From Promethearchaeota archaeon (GTDB lineage: Archaea > Asgardarchaeota > Lokiarchaeia > Sigyniarchaeales > SOKP01): a stretch of DNA of 38,330 nt. Shown in pieces: positions 1 through 9,761 of the stretch. The stretch spans positions 1-38,330 of the forward strand of contig JBHLOI010000035.1 of the NCBI GenBank assembly GCA_048940645.1, in the 5' to 3' direction. Position 1 is the first letter of the stretch; every line of letters begins with the position of its first letter. The notes beneath the pieces are model-generated. The model saw nothing but the letters and a program-made list of their open reading frames with translations, made no database searches and had not been told where the DNA came from. The position numbers and the translations under genes are program-made.

Positions 1-477
1 GGTGGTCAAGGGGCTCCAACCACGCTTTATGGGGCGACTAGTAGCACAACTCCTTATAAGATGTTTGAAAATAGAAGTGATGGAGTAGAGTTAGCATTGG
101 CAGCAGGAGCTACATATGTAGCAAGAACTACAGTAGCCCATCCTAGAACTTATATAAAATATTTTCAAAAAGCATTGAACCATAAGGGTACATCTGTTAT
201 TGAGGTTATTACTCCTTGTGTTACGTACTTTGGTAGGAAAAATCTTGATAATTTAGGTGCAGAATATACTGGCTTAGAAGGCGAAAAAATGGATACGGGA
301 GGAAAAATGATTGATTGGATTAAAAGAAATACTGTTCGCATAAACCAAGCAAAATTCATGAGTGAAGAAGAACTACTTAATAAGTATATAATAGGTGAAT
401 TTAGATACCAACCAGATAAACCTGAGTATTCTGATGAGTATGCTAAAATACAAAGGATTGCCATGGAGGAAAAATAA
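1..477 (+). CDS. 2-oxoacid:ferredoxin oxidoreductase beta subunit (TPP-binding), 5'-truncated by window edge
   Basis: Frame is open from base 1 (GGQGAPTT..., matching the TGGQxSPTT motif). Also GATYVAR and IEVITPCVTYFG motifs; lies directly before a gamma subunit. Confidence 0.92.
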   Translation, partial: GGQGAPTTLYGATSSTTPYKMFENRSDGVELALAAGATYVARTTVAHPRTYIKYFQKALNHKGTSVIEVITPCVTYFGRKNLDNLGAEYTGLEGEKMDTGGKMIDWIKRNTVRINQAKFMSEEELLNKYIIGEFRYQPDKPEYSDEYAKIQRIAMEEK

Positions 478-479
478 AT

Positions 480-1079
480 ATGGCTCGATTTGAGGTACGT
501 ATTGCTGGTTATGGAGGACAAGGAGTAATTACATTGAGTAAGATGATTATTACTGCTAGTTCATTGTATGAAGGCTTAGCTGGGACACAAACAGAAGCCT
601 ATTCAGCCGCTGCTCGGGGAGGAAAATGTTGGGCAGAAGTTGTTGTTGACTTAGATAAAGATGTGGACCTTATTGATTATCCAAAAGCTCTTGAACCTTA
701 TGACTTTTTAATAATTCTTTCTGAGGAATCGGCTGCAGATGTTAAACAAAGTATGATAAAACAAGAATCTAATACAGGTTTTTTAATCTGGGATAATTCT
801 ACCATTCAAAAATTTAGAGCCGCTAAGAGAGTTGACAAATCTTTAGGCGTCCCAATTCAGAAAATGGCTGTCGAAAAATTTGGAAATATTGTATTTGGTA
901 ATTCTATTTTACTAGGTTTGTTTACCATTCTTTCGGGCATATTCTCTGAAGAATCTGCGCTTGAAACAATTAAAAAGTTCGTACCAAGTTCTACTTTGGA
1001 AAAAAATTTAGAAGCTTTTGAATTGGGCAAGCAAGAAGCTATAGAATTTCTTAAAAAATTGAAAGAGGATAATAATTAA
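480..1079 (+). CDS. 2-oxoacid:ferredoxin oxidoreductase gamma subunit
   Basis: EVRIAGYGGQGV, YSAAARGG, NSILLG and NLEAFELG motifs; 2 nt after the beta subunit stop. Confidence 0.92.
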   Translation: MARFEVRIAGYGGQGVITLSKMIITASSLYEGLAGTQTEAYSAAARGGKCWAEVVVDLDKDVDLIDYPKALEPYDFLIILSEESAADVKQSMIKQESNTGFLIWDNSTIQKFRAAKRVDKSLGVPIQKMAVEKFGNIVFGNSILLGLFTILSGIFSEESALETIKKFVPSSTLEKNLEAFELGKQEAIEFLKKLKEDNN

Positions 1080-1080
1080 A

Positions 1081-2898
1081 ATGTATATTGAAAAGGTTAA
1101 AAAGGGTTGGACTGAATTAGAAAATGAGATCATAAAAACAAACAAGTGTGTATATTGTGGAGCTTGTGCTGCTTTTTGTGCAAATATTAAATTTAATAGA
1201 GAGATGGAAATACCTATAGAAGATGGTTCATGCAAAGATATTAATACATGTAGAGATGGTTATGGATTATGTTATAACTTATGTCCTAAGACTGAAATTG
1301 ACAGAATTTCGTTAGCTTTATTGGATAAATGGGTGTTTGGAAAAAAACATGACAAAATCTTGGGGCATTATATTGGTATTTATTCAGTAAAATTAACAGA
1401 TAAGGCGAGAGAAATGGTTCCTAGTCGTGTTGGACCTTTAACTGGTTTATTATGGGTTGCAATGAAAAATGATTTGATTGATGCTTCTATTATTGCTGAT
1501 AAAGATGAAAATTTCAAACCTTTTCCTATGATTGCTAAAAATGAACAAGCTTTATTTAGAGGTGCTGGCTATAAGCCGAGTCAAAGTCCTACAATATCGC
1601 TTGTAGGAGAAGCTATTAATAAAGGGTTTAATGATATAGCTGTAGTTGGAACGCCTTGCCAAATTCAAGCATTAAGAAAGTTACAAAATCATCCTATTTT
1701 TGATTTTGAAGCATATGATTTAGTTTCTTTAGCAATTGGTACTTTCTGTTTTGGTACATTTCATAATCAACAATTGAGTGGGTTATTTATGGATTTAGAT
1801 ATTAGACCAGATCAAATTGAAACGATTGATTCTCATCAACAAAATTTTAAAATGAAAATTAAAACAAATTCAACAACTAAAGAAATTGCTTTTAATTGTC
1901 TTTATGAAAAAGCCATTAGAAACGCATGTTTTACATGTTCTGACTATACTGCATCATTTGCTGATATATCAGTAGGAAGGGTTGGTAGTGAGCAAGGATG
2001 GGACACTATCATAATTAGAACAGAACGGGGAAAACAAGTTTTCGATTTAGCCTTAGATCAAGGATTTATTGAGATAAAATCACTTGAAAAAGATGAGGAA
2101 GAATTAGTCCTTGATATAACAAGAAGCAAGGTAGAGATTGTAGAAATTGCTTCTATTGTTGAGCATTCTCCAGATATTAAGAGTTTTATTGTTAGAAATC
2201 AAAGAATTGCCAAGGCTTACCGTCCAGGAATGTTTGTAATGCTTTGGATTCCTGATGTTGATTTTTTTCCAATGTCTATCTCCAATGTTGAAGGAAACAT
2301 GCTTGAGATTACCGTTCAAAAGATTGGTGAAGGCACCACAAAATTATTTGAATTACAAAAAGGAGATCAAATAGGAATTCGAGGACCATATGGTAATACT
2401 TTTAACTATGAGGATGCAAATAAGATCTTGGTAGTTGGAGGAGGAATGGGTATAGCTGCTTTAACATCTTTAATTGAACCACTTAAGAAGAATAACAAAA
2501 ATGTTTTTGTTACTATCGGGGCGAAAGATGAAGTTTCGTTAATCTTCTATGAGAGGTTGATAAATCTAATTCCAAATACAATGTGTGCCACTGAGGATGG
2601 ATCTGTTGGAAGAAAATGTTTAGTAACTGATACTATTGAAGATGTTTTAAAGAAAGAAAATATCGACCTTATTTTAACATGTGGACCTGAAGTTATGATG
2701 AAACATGTCTTAGAAATTGCTGAAAATCATAAAATAGAGATACAAGCTAGTTTGGAAAGGAAAATGAAATGTGGGGTCGGTTTATGTGGTTCTTGTTGTA
2801 TTGGTATGAATAGTGACGTTACTGTATGTAAAGAAGGACCTATCTTTAATTCTACCCAATTGAAGAAATTTCCCCAGTTTGGTAGCTATATAAAATAG
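1081..2898 (+). CDS. Fusion: ferredoxin + FrhB/FdhB (F420 hydrogenase beta family) domain + PyrK/NfnA-like FAD/NAD-binding 2Fe-2S domain
   Basis: N-half: CVYCGACAAFC, GLCYNLCP, VGTPCQ, IGTFCFGTF, ACFTCSDYTASFADISVG. C-half: PMSIS, IRGPYG, VGGGMGIA, CGPEVM, ERKMKCGVGLCGSC...VCKEGPIF. Confidence 0.88.
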   Translation: MYIEKVKKGWTELENEIIKTNKCVYCGACAAFCANIKFNREMEIPIEDGSCKDINTCRDGYGLCYNLCPKTEIDRISLALLDKWVFGKKHDKILGHYIGIYSVKLTDKAREMVPSRVGPLTGLLWVAMKNDLIDASIIADKDENFKPFPMIAKNEQALFRGAGYKPSQSPTISLVGEAINKGFNDIAVVGTPCQIQALRKLQNHPIFDFEAYDLVSLAIGTFCFGTFHNQQLSGLFMDLDIRPDQIETIDSHQQNFKMKIKTNSTTKEIAFNCLYEKAIRNACFTCSDYTASFADISVGRVGSEQGWDTIIIRTERGKQVFDLALDQGFIEIKSLEKDEEELVLDITRSKVEIVEIASIVEHSPDIKSFIVRNQRIAKAYRPGMFVMLWIPDVDFFPMSISNVEGNMLEITVQKIGEGTTKLFELQKGDQIGIRGPYGNTFNYEDANKILVVGGGMGIAALTSLIEPLKKNNKNVFVTIGAKDEVSLIFYERLINLIPNTMCATEDGSVGRKCLVTDTIEDVLKKENIDLILTCGPEVMMKHVLEIAENHKIEIQASLERKMKCGVGLCGSCCIGMNSDVTVCKEGPIFNSTQLKKFPQFGSYIK

Positions 2899-2987
2899 TT
2901 TTTCTACATTTTTTTCTAGTTTTTTCTATATAAAATTCATATATTATATACTAAATCTTGAAAATAAAGATCTATTAATTCCATTTA

Positions 2988-3683
2988 ATGATAGATTCAA
3001 ATTCAATTAAGAAAGTAGTATTAAAATTTGGGGCAGATTTATGTGGCTTTGCTCCAATTGAAAGATTTAAAGAAGCACCTCAAGGATTTCATCCATGTGA
3101 TATCTATAGATCTTGTAAAGCAGTCATAGTATTTGCTATAAAAATGCCAACAGCATCCCTCTTCGCATCAAGTTGTATCCCATATACTCATATTCAGAAT
3201 TTAGTAATACAGGAAGTTGACCAATTAACATTAAAACTTATACGAGGCGTTGAAAAGATGGGAATTGGATGTGTTCCCATTCCTTCTGATGATCCTTATG
3301 AGTATTGGGAGCCCGAAAGATCATATGGTCGTGCTATATTATCATTAAAGCATGCTGCTTATCTTGCCGGCTTAGGAACATTAGGAAAAAACACACTTCT
3401 ACTTAACGATCAATATGGCAATATGGTTCAATTAGGAGCAATCTTAGTAAACGTTAATTTAAATGGAGATCCAATAGCAAACTATAATCTATGTGATTAT
3501 AATTGTCAGATTTGCCTGGAAAATTGCCCAAAAGAAGCATTAAATGGTATTACAGTTGATCAGAAATTATGTAGAGAATTATCAACATTTAAAACGGAGA
3601 AAGGGTATATACTTAAAAAATGTAATTTATGCCGCAAACTATGCCCAAGTGCCTTTGGGATAAACAAAAATAAATTAGAGTGA
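2988..3683 (+). CDS. QueG/reductive dehalogenase-like double-cluster Fe-S protein
   Basis: GADLCGFA, LKHAAYLAGLGTLGKNTLL, CDYNCQICLENCP and CNLCRKLCP motifs. Confidence 0.8.
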   Translation: MIDSNSIKKVVLKFGADLCGFAPIERFKEAPQGFHPCDIYRSCKAVIVFAIKMPTASLFASSCIPYTHIQNLVIQEVDQLTLKLIRGVEKMGIGCVPIPSDDPYEYWEPERSYGRAILSLKHAAYLAGLGTLGKNTLLLNDQYGNMVQLGAILVNVNLNGDPIANYNLCDYNCQICLENCPKEALNGITVDQKLCRELSTFKTEKGYILKKCNLCRKLCPSAFGINKNKLE

Positions 3684-3763
3684 TTAAGTTAGATTTATAT
3701 TTAATAATAACTTAGTTCTATATAGTACTTTCTTATATAAAACAATATGAAAAAGTGTGAAAT

Positions 3764-4117
3764 ATGAGTAAAATAATAGCATATTGCGGTCTAAATTGTT
3801 CAGATTGCCCAGCATATATAGCGACTCAAAAAAATGATACAAATGAGTTAGAAAAAATTGCTAAGAAGTGGTCTAATGAAAGGATGCAATTCCATGCCAA
3901 AGATATCCTATGTGATGGATGCTTCTCTGATGGTAGGATTTTTCAAGGGTGTCATGAATGTGATATTAGAACCTGTGCTCGTAAAAAAGGATTAAAAAGT
4001 TGCGCTTATTGTGAAGATTATCCATGTGAGCTTTTAAGTATTGCTTTTGGAAAAAGCGTTGACCCTTCGGCTAAAGAAAGGTTAGATGAAATAAAGAAAA
4101 ATATTGAGCTTCCATAA
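3764..4117 (+). CDS. DUF3795-family Cys-rich protein
   Basis: AYCGLNCSDC...CDGC...CDIRTCA...CAYCEDYPC pattern. Confidence 0.85.
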   Translation: MSKIIAYCGLNCSDCPAYIATQKNDTNELEKIAKKWSNERMQFHAKDILCDGCFSDGRIFQGCHECDIRTCARKKGLKSCAYCEDYPCELLSIAFGKSVDPSAKERLDEIKKNIELP

Positions 4118-4171
4118 ATTGTGTTCCAAAATAATAATTTCTAAATTTTTTATTTCTTTATTCTTAATAAA

Positions 4172-5122
4172 GTGAAAAATCATAATTTAAAGAAGGGGAT
4201 AATTTACGGATTAATAGCAGTGTTTTTAATAGGAATGCAACCTGTTATTGCAAATTCAAGACCCTCAATTATAGATCCATACATATTTGCGGCAATTACC
4301 GCCTTAATTGAAGCTTTGATTTTTTTTCCAATCTTCCTGTTGGAGATACGAAGATTAAACAATAGTAGTAAAAATGATCCATCAGAAGAGAATAGAATTA
4401 ACTCTCTATTAAATGGATGGAAAAAAAAGAAGAATATTAAGCTGTTAATTGTAATTGCATTAGTTTTTAGCATTGTTCCTATTTTATTATACATTGGTTA
4501 TGAGCTCGCAGGAGCAATTAATAGTTCATTAGCCCTGAAAAGTGAAATAATATTTGCTCTTTTATTTGGATATTTAATTTTAAAGGAGGAAAGAATTTCC
4601 AAAATTCAAATCTTTTTTTGTTTTTTATTGTTTATTGGTTTGGTTATTGCAATTACTGAAGGTTCATTCAATTTACTTGAATTTAATATAGGTGTTGTCA
4701 CATTACTAATTAGTGTAGCATTATTCACATTGGTGCATGCATTCACTAAATCTGCTTTTGATCGCAATGAATTATTTCCAACTCAAGTCGTATTTATCCG
4801 CAATTTATGTAGTGGAATAATCTTAACGCTAGTTTATTTAGTTATTTTCCCTAAAGATAATTTCTTATGGTTGCTAGATTTTAATAATTTCATATTTTTC
4901 ATGTTAATGGGTTTAGATTATGGATTTTCTTTGTTTTTTTGGTATAAAACAATTTCATACATTCAAATTGGAAAAGCAGGAATAATTAATTCCTTAACCC
5001 CCGTTGTTTCTGCATTTTTTTCTTTTATTTTTCTTGGTGAAATTTTTACTATTTTTCATTTGATTGGAACAGTAATTATAATCATATCGATTTTTATGAT
5101 TGTCAGAGAAAAGAGCAAATAG
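4172..5122 (+). CDS. EamA/DMT family transporter (paralog 1)
   Basis: About 10 hydrophobic segments, two-repeat layout, ILKEERI and PVVSAFFSFIFLGEIFT motifs; GTG start. Confidence 0.88.
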   Translation: MKNHNLKKGIIYGLIAVFLIGMQPVIANSRPSIIDPYIFAAITALIEALIFFPIFLLEIRRLNNSSKNDPSEENRINSLLNGWKKKKNIKLLIVIALVFSIVPILLYIGYELAGAINSSLALKSEIIFALLFGYLILKEERISKIQIFFCFLLFIGLVIAITEGSFNLLEFNIGVVTLLISVALFTLVHAFTKSAFDRNELFPTQVVFIRNLCSGIILTLVYLVIFPKDNFLWLLDFNNFIFFMLMGLDYGFSLFFWYKTISYIQIGKAGIINSLTPVVSAFFSFIFLGEIFTIFHLIGTVIIIISIFMIVREKSK

Positions 5123-5175
5123 TTATATCTAAAACTATAATTGTTTAAATATCGGTACTAATTCATTTTAATATC

Positions 5176-6117
5176 TTGGTTAAATTAAATTACATTAAAG
5201 GTATTTTGTTTGGAATAGGTTCTGCAATTTTAATCGGTATTCAACCAATTATTGTAATCTCACTCCCATCTGAAATCGATGCATATTTATTTGCTACAAT
5301 GACAGTATTTTATGAAACCATTATATTCCTACCTTTATTCTTTTTAGAAAGAAGACATCTTAATTTAACTTTAAAACAAGACCCATCTAAACTAAATGAA
5401 ATAAATATCTTAAAAAATGGATGGAAAAAAAATAAATATTTTTTGATATATATCGGAATTAATTTTGCCATTGCTCAAATATTATTATATTTAGCATATC
5501 AACTTTCTGGAGCAATAAATGCTTCACTAGCGCAAAAGACGACTATTATTTTTGGCTTATTATTTGGTTTTTTAATTAATCATGAAAAAATATCTCTCAC
5601 GCAAATTGTATTCTCTATTATCTTATTTTTTGGACTAACTTTAGCTGTTACTCAAGGAAATTTTAATATTATTGAATTTAATGTTGGTGTTTTAATAATG
5701 CTTTTGACAGCTGCAATATGGATGCTTGCTCATACATTTACAAAACCAATCTTAGAGAGGAAGGAGCTCAGTTCAATTCAATTGGTATTTATAAGAAACT
5801 TTTTAAATTCTATTATTTTGATCTCAACCTATTTCATTTTTTTCCCAATTCAAAATATAAGATTTATTTTTGACCCAACATATCAATTTTTTTTCATTAT
5901 TATGGCTTTTGCTTATGGTTTTGATTTATTTTTCTGGTATAAAGCTATATCTTATATAAATGTTTCAACTGCTACGATAATTATCGCCCCTTCACCGATT
6001 ATTACAGCACTATTTGCTACTTTATTTCTAGGTGAAAAATTTACTATTTTTCATCTTTTCGGTACTATAATTATCATAATTTCAATTCTAGTTATAGTAA
6101 AAGAAAAAGGGGAATGA
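5176..6117 (+). CDS. EamA/DMT family transporter (paralog 2)
   Basis: Same architecture; GAINASL, NHEKIS and PIITALFATLFLGEKFT motifs; TTG start. Confidence 0.88.
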   Translation: MVKLNYIKGILFGIGSAILIGIQPIIVISLPSEIDAYLFATMTVFYETIIFLPLFFLERRHLNLTLKQDPSKLNEINILKNGWKKNKYFLIYIGINFAIAQILLYLAYQLSGAINASLAQKTTIIFGLLFGFLINHEKISLTQIVFSIILFFGLTLAVTQGNFNIIEFNVGVLIMLLTAAIWMLAHTFTKPILERKELSSIQLVFIRNFLNSIILISTYFIFFPIQNIRFIFDPTYQFFFIIMAFAYGFDLFFWYKAISYINVSTATIIIAPSPIITALFATLFLGEKFTIFHLFGTIIIIISILVIVKEKGE

Positions 6118-6179
6118 TATACTTCAATAAATTTTAACTTCTAAACATTTTTAATATTTAATGAATTTAGGTAAATATC

Positions 6180-7130
6180 TTGAGCAATAATCTAAAAAAA
6201 GGGCTTATTTTTGGAATTTTGGGTAACATCTTGGTAGGTTTTCAGCCGATAGTAGCAAATTCACGCCCAGAATCTATTGATGCTTACATATTTGCTGCTA
6301 TGACATGTATAGTAGAAGCAGCGATATTTATTCCATTAATGTTAATAGAATTCAAACTAAATCGCTCAAAAGCAAGAAAGAGTAATATATTAATTAATAA
6401 TCATGATTCTATTCTAAAGAATTGGAAAAAAAATTTGAAAGTTTTTCTATTTATAGGATTACTATTCGGTATTAACCAACTTTTATTTTTTATTGGCTAT
6501 AAATTAGCAGGTGCGATAAATGGAGCATTAACCCAAAAAACAACTGTGTTTTTTGGATTGATTTTTGGTTATTTAATACTAAAAGAGAAAATAACTAGAG
6601 CCCAAGTTTTATTTTCTATTATTCTATTTTTCGGTTTAGTAATTGCTATTACCCAATTTTCTTTTAATTTAGAAAATATCAACGTTGATATTATTTTAGG
6701 TGTTTTAGCATTATTACTTATTACATGTCTATGGATGTTAGGCCATACTATAACAAAACCAATCTTTTCTAGAAATGAGGCTACACCGACGCAGATGGTA
6801 TTTATAAGAAATATTCTGAGTGGTTCCATCTTATTTTCAACTTATTTCATATTTTTCCCTTTACAAAATTTAAGTATTTTCTTAGATCCGATTAATAATT
6901 TCTATTTTTTCGCTATGGGGGCAGTTTATAGCCTGGGATTATTCTGTTGGTACAAAACACTTTCGTATTTGGATGTTTCAAAAGCTACAATATTGCTTTC
7001 ACCGACTCCAATTGTTACAGCAATATTTGCTACGTTTCTCCTTGATGAAATTTTTACCATTTTTCATATTATTGGCACAATAATAATTATAATATCTATA
7101 ATTCTAATTATGAGATTAAAAAGTAATTAA
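6180..7130 (+). CDS. EamA/DMT family transporter (paralog 3)
   Basis: Same architecture; GAINGAL, ILKEKIT and PIVTAIFATFLLDEIFT motifs; TTG start. Confidence 0.88.
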   Translation: MSNNLKKGLIFGILGNILVGFQPIVANSRPESIDAYIFAAMTCIVEAAIFIPLMLIEFKLNRSKARKSNILINNHDSILKNWKKNLKVFLFIGLLFGINQLLFFIGYKLAGAINGALTQKTTVFFGLIFGYLILKEKITRAQVLFSIILFFGLVIAITQFSFNLENINVDIILGVLALLLITCLWMLGHTITKPIFSRNEATPTQMVFIRNILSGSILFSTYFIFFPLQNLSIFLDPINNFYFFAMGAVYSLGLFCWYKTLSYLDVSKATILLSPTPIVTAIFATFLLDEIFTIFHIIGTIIIIISIILIMRLKSN

Positions 7131-7176
7131 TTATAATCTTGAAATAATATTATTACCAAAAAAAGTTGAATAAATT

Positions 7177-7842
7177 GTGAAATATACTTCAATATTTGAT
7201 GTTATAGGCCATATAATGGTAGGTCCAAGTTCAAGCCATACGGCGGGAGCGTGTCAAATTGCATATGTTTCCCAACTATTATATGGAAAAAAATTTGAGA
7301 AGGTAAAGATAGGGCTTCACGGTTCATTTGCTGAGACTTATCGTGGTCATGGAACCGATATCGCAATATTAGGGGGATTATTGGGATTTAAACCCGAAGA
7401 TGAGAGATTAAAAAACGCAATTGAAATTGCTGAAAAAAAGAGTCTTAAATATTCATTTGAACTTGTGGATTTAGGAGCAGAATATCACCCAAATTCAGTT
7501 AGCATAGAAATGAGTAATGGATCAGATAATATGACTGTTATTGGCTCTTCGATAGGAGGAGGTAATATAATAATCAAAGAAGTAAATGGATTAGAGGGAG
7601 GTTTTGGGGGGGAACCTAATACTTTAGTAATTTTGAATCATGATAAAATAGGAGCGCTTGTTAATATTGCTAATACTCTTCAAAAATTCAAATTAAATGT
7701 TGGATCTATGAAAATATCCAGAGACCTAAAAAAGAAAGTAGCTCTAACTTGGCTGGAAGCAGATTCTGCGATTCCAGAAGATTTAATCAATGCCTTAAAA
7801 GAGCATAAAGAAATATTATGGGTGAGAATTATTAATGTTTGA
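7177..7842 (+). CDS. sdaAB: L-serine dehydratase, Fe-S dependent, beta subunit (C-terminal ACT domain)
   Basis: SIFDVIGHIMVGPSSSHTAGA, GSFAETYRGHGTD, HPNS and SIGGG motifs. Confidence 0.95.
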   Translation: MKYTSIFDVIGHIMVGPSSSHTAGACQIAYVSQLLYGKKFEKVKIGLHGSFAETYRGHGTDIAILGGLLGFKPEDERLKNAIEIAEKKSLKYSFELVDLGAEYHPNSVSIEMSNGSDNMTVIGSSIGGGNIIIKEVNGLEGGFGGEPNTLVILNHDKIGALVNIANTLQKFKLNVGSMKISRDLKKKVALTWLEADSAIPEDLINALKEHKEILWVRIINV

Positions 7843-8704
7843 GTCAATTTCACAATTACTTAATGATTCTGAAATTAAGGGAATTGCACTTCACGATTTA
7901 ATTATAGAAGATGAATCTGAATATCAAAATACTCCTAAACAAATTATTAATGAACGTTTGCATAGATCATTAACTATTATGAAGCAGTCCTTAGATAAAG
8001 CACTTACAACTGATATTGAATTGCCCATTAAGGAAGCAAACCATCAAGCACAAAGAATGCTTTCGTCACCAATATTTTTTGGAAACCATATGAAAGAAGC
8101 TATTGCTTGGGCAATGGCTATTAGTGAATATAATAGCGGAATGGGCCTAATTGTCGCAGCTCCTACAGCAGGGGCTGCAGGAGTTTTGCCAGCTGTCCTT
8201 TTTAAAGCTAAAGAGATTTTAAAAAAATCCGAGGGGGATGTAGTTAATGCTTTAATTGTTGCAGCTGCAATTGGTGCTATAATTGGAAATCGTGCTATGT
8301 TATCTGGAAGTGAAGGTGGATGTCAGGCCGAAGTAGGAGTTGCATCTGCAATGGCAACCGCAGCTATAACGTATATGGCGGAAGGTTCAGCAGACCAAAT
8401 AAGTAATGCGATTGCATTAAATTTGAAGAATATATTAGGGCTTGTATGCGATCCCGTTGCTGGATTAGTTATATCACCTTGTATTAAACGAAATGCAATT
8501 GGAGTTGTTAATGCCTTCTTGGCTGCTGAAATGGCATTATCAGGGGTTACATCGATTATACCTGCAGATGAGATAGTCGATGCAATGATGAAAGTAGGTC
8601 GAAAACTTCCATATGAATTAAAGGAAACAGGATTAGGTGGAATTGCCGCAACAAAAACAGGAAAAAGAATAAAGAAAAGTATTTTTTCCGATTCTCTCAG
8701 ATAG
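7835..8704 (+). CDS. sdaAA: L-serine dehydratase, Fe-S dependent, alpha subunit
   Basis: IVAAPTAGAAGVLP, SGSEGGCQAEVG, LGLVCDPVAGLV, PCIKRN and LKETGLGGIA motifs; 8-nt overlap with the beta subunit. Confidence 0.95.
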   Translation: MFESISQLLNDSEIKGIALHDLIIEDESEYQNTPKQIINERLHRSLTIMKQSLDKALTTDIELPIKEANHQAQRMLSSPIFFGNHMKEAIAWAMAISEYNSGMGLIVAAPTAGAAGVLPAVLFKAKEILKKSEGDVVNALIVAAAIGAIIGNRAMLSGSEGGCQAEVGVASAMATAAITYMAEGSADQISNAIALNLKNILGLVCDPVAGLVISPCIKRNAIGVVNAFLAAEMALSGVTSIIPADEIVDAMMKVGRKLPYELKETGLGGIAATKTGKRIKKSIFSDSLR

Positions 8705-8950
8705 CACTTAAAACATTCCAGATATGCATATAATTAAAATTCTATTTAGAATCATTATCAATTAATAATAAAATATTTTAATATATATAACAATTATCTT
8801 AATATTTGAGTCTAAATTCTAATTTTTCTCAATTTTAATGGAAATTCGAAATATTTAAATATTTCAGTATATCTCTCAATATATAAATACATACCTTAAT
8901 ATATTACAATATAAAGAAGTTATAAAAAGTAAGCAAAATGAGTGTTAAAT

Positions 8951-9760
8951 ATGATAAATGACGTTATAATAAAAGTAGAAAATTTAAAAAAATACTTTGG
9001 TGAAGTTAAAGCAGTTAACGATATTTCATTTGATGTTCATACTGGTGAGGTTTTCGGTTTATTAGGTCCCAATGGTGCTGGAAAAACCACAACTATTAAG
9101 TTATTGCTAGGTTTATTAGAACCTTTAGAAGGAAATATGAGTATTTTTGGATTAAACCCTGAACGGGATGAGGTACCAATTAAACGTCGAGTAGGGTATG
9201 TTTCAGAAGAACCATTAATTTTTAAATCACTTACTCCTAAAGATTTATTTAGTTTTATTGCTTCAATCAGAGGATTAGATGGAGAGGAAACTTCAGAAAA
9301 GGCAAAAGAATATTTAGAGAGCTTAGAAGCTGATGAATATTATGAGCAATTAATTGCTACATTATCTCATGGAAATAAACAAAAAATACAAATTATAGCA
9401 GCCATCCTTCATGAACCTGATTTACTTATATTAGATGAACCTATTGCTGGATTAGATGCAAAATCTGTGAAAGTTGTTAAAGAAATACTTGATTTACATA
9501 CAAAACAAGGGGGTGCTGTTCTTTTTTCCACACATATAATGGAAATTGCTCAAGAACTCTGTGATAGAATAGGAATTATTAATAAAGGTAAAATAGTTGG
9601 CATAGGTACAATTGAAGAATTGCGTCAACAATCTAACAAGTTAGGTGCAAGTTTAGAAGATGTATTTCTCAGGTTGACAGAGCAAGATGCCTCTGTAGAT
9701 GAAATTGTAAGAAGATTAAGGGCATCCTATAAAAGGAAATTCACAGGTGAAACAAGTTAA
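8951..9760 (+). CDS. ABC transporter ATP-binding protein (exporter type)
   Basis: Walker A GPNGAGKTT, signature LSHGNKQK, Walker B LLILDEP, STH switch. Start is ATG 8951 or GTG 8942. Confidence 0.95.
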   Translation: MINDVIIKVENLKKYFGEVKAVNDISFDVHTGEVFGLLGPNGAGKTTTIKLLLGLLEPLEGNMSIFGLNPERDEVPIKRRVGYVSEEPLIFKSLTPKDLFSFIASIRGLDGEETSEKAKEYLESLEADEYYEQLIATLSHGNKQKIQIIAAILHEPDLLILDEPIAGLDAKSVKVVKEILDLHTKQGGAVLFSTHIMEIAQELCDRIGIINKGKIVGIGTIEELRQQSNKLGASLEDVFLRLTEQDASVDEIVRRLRASYKRKFTGETS

Positions 9761-9761
9761 T

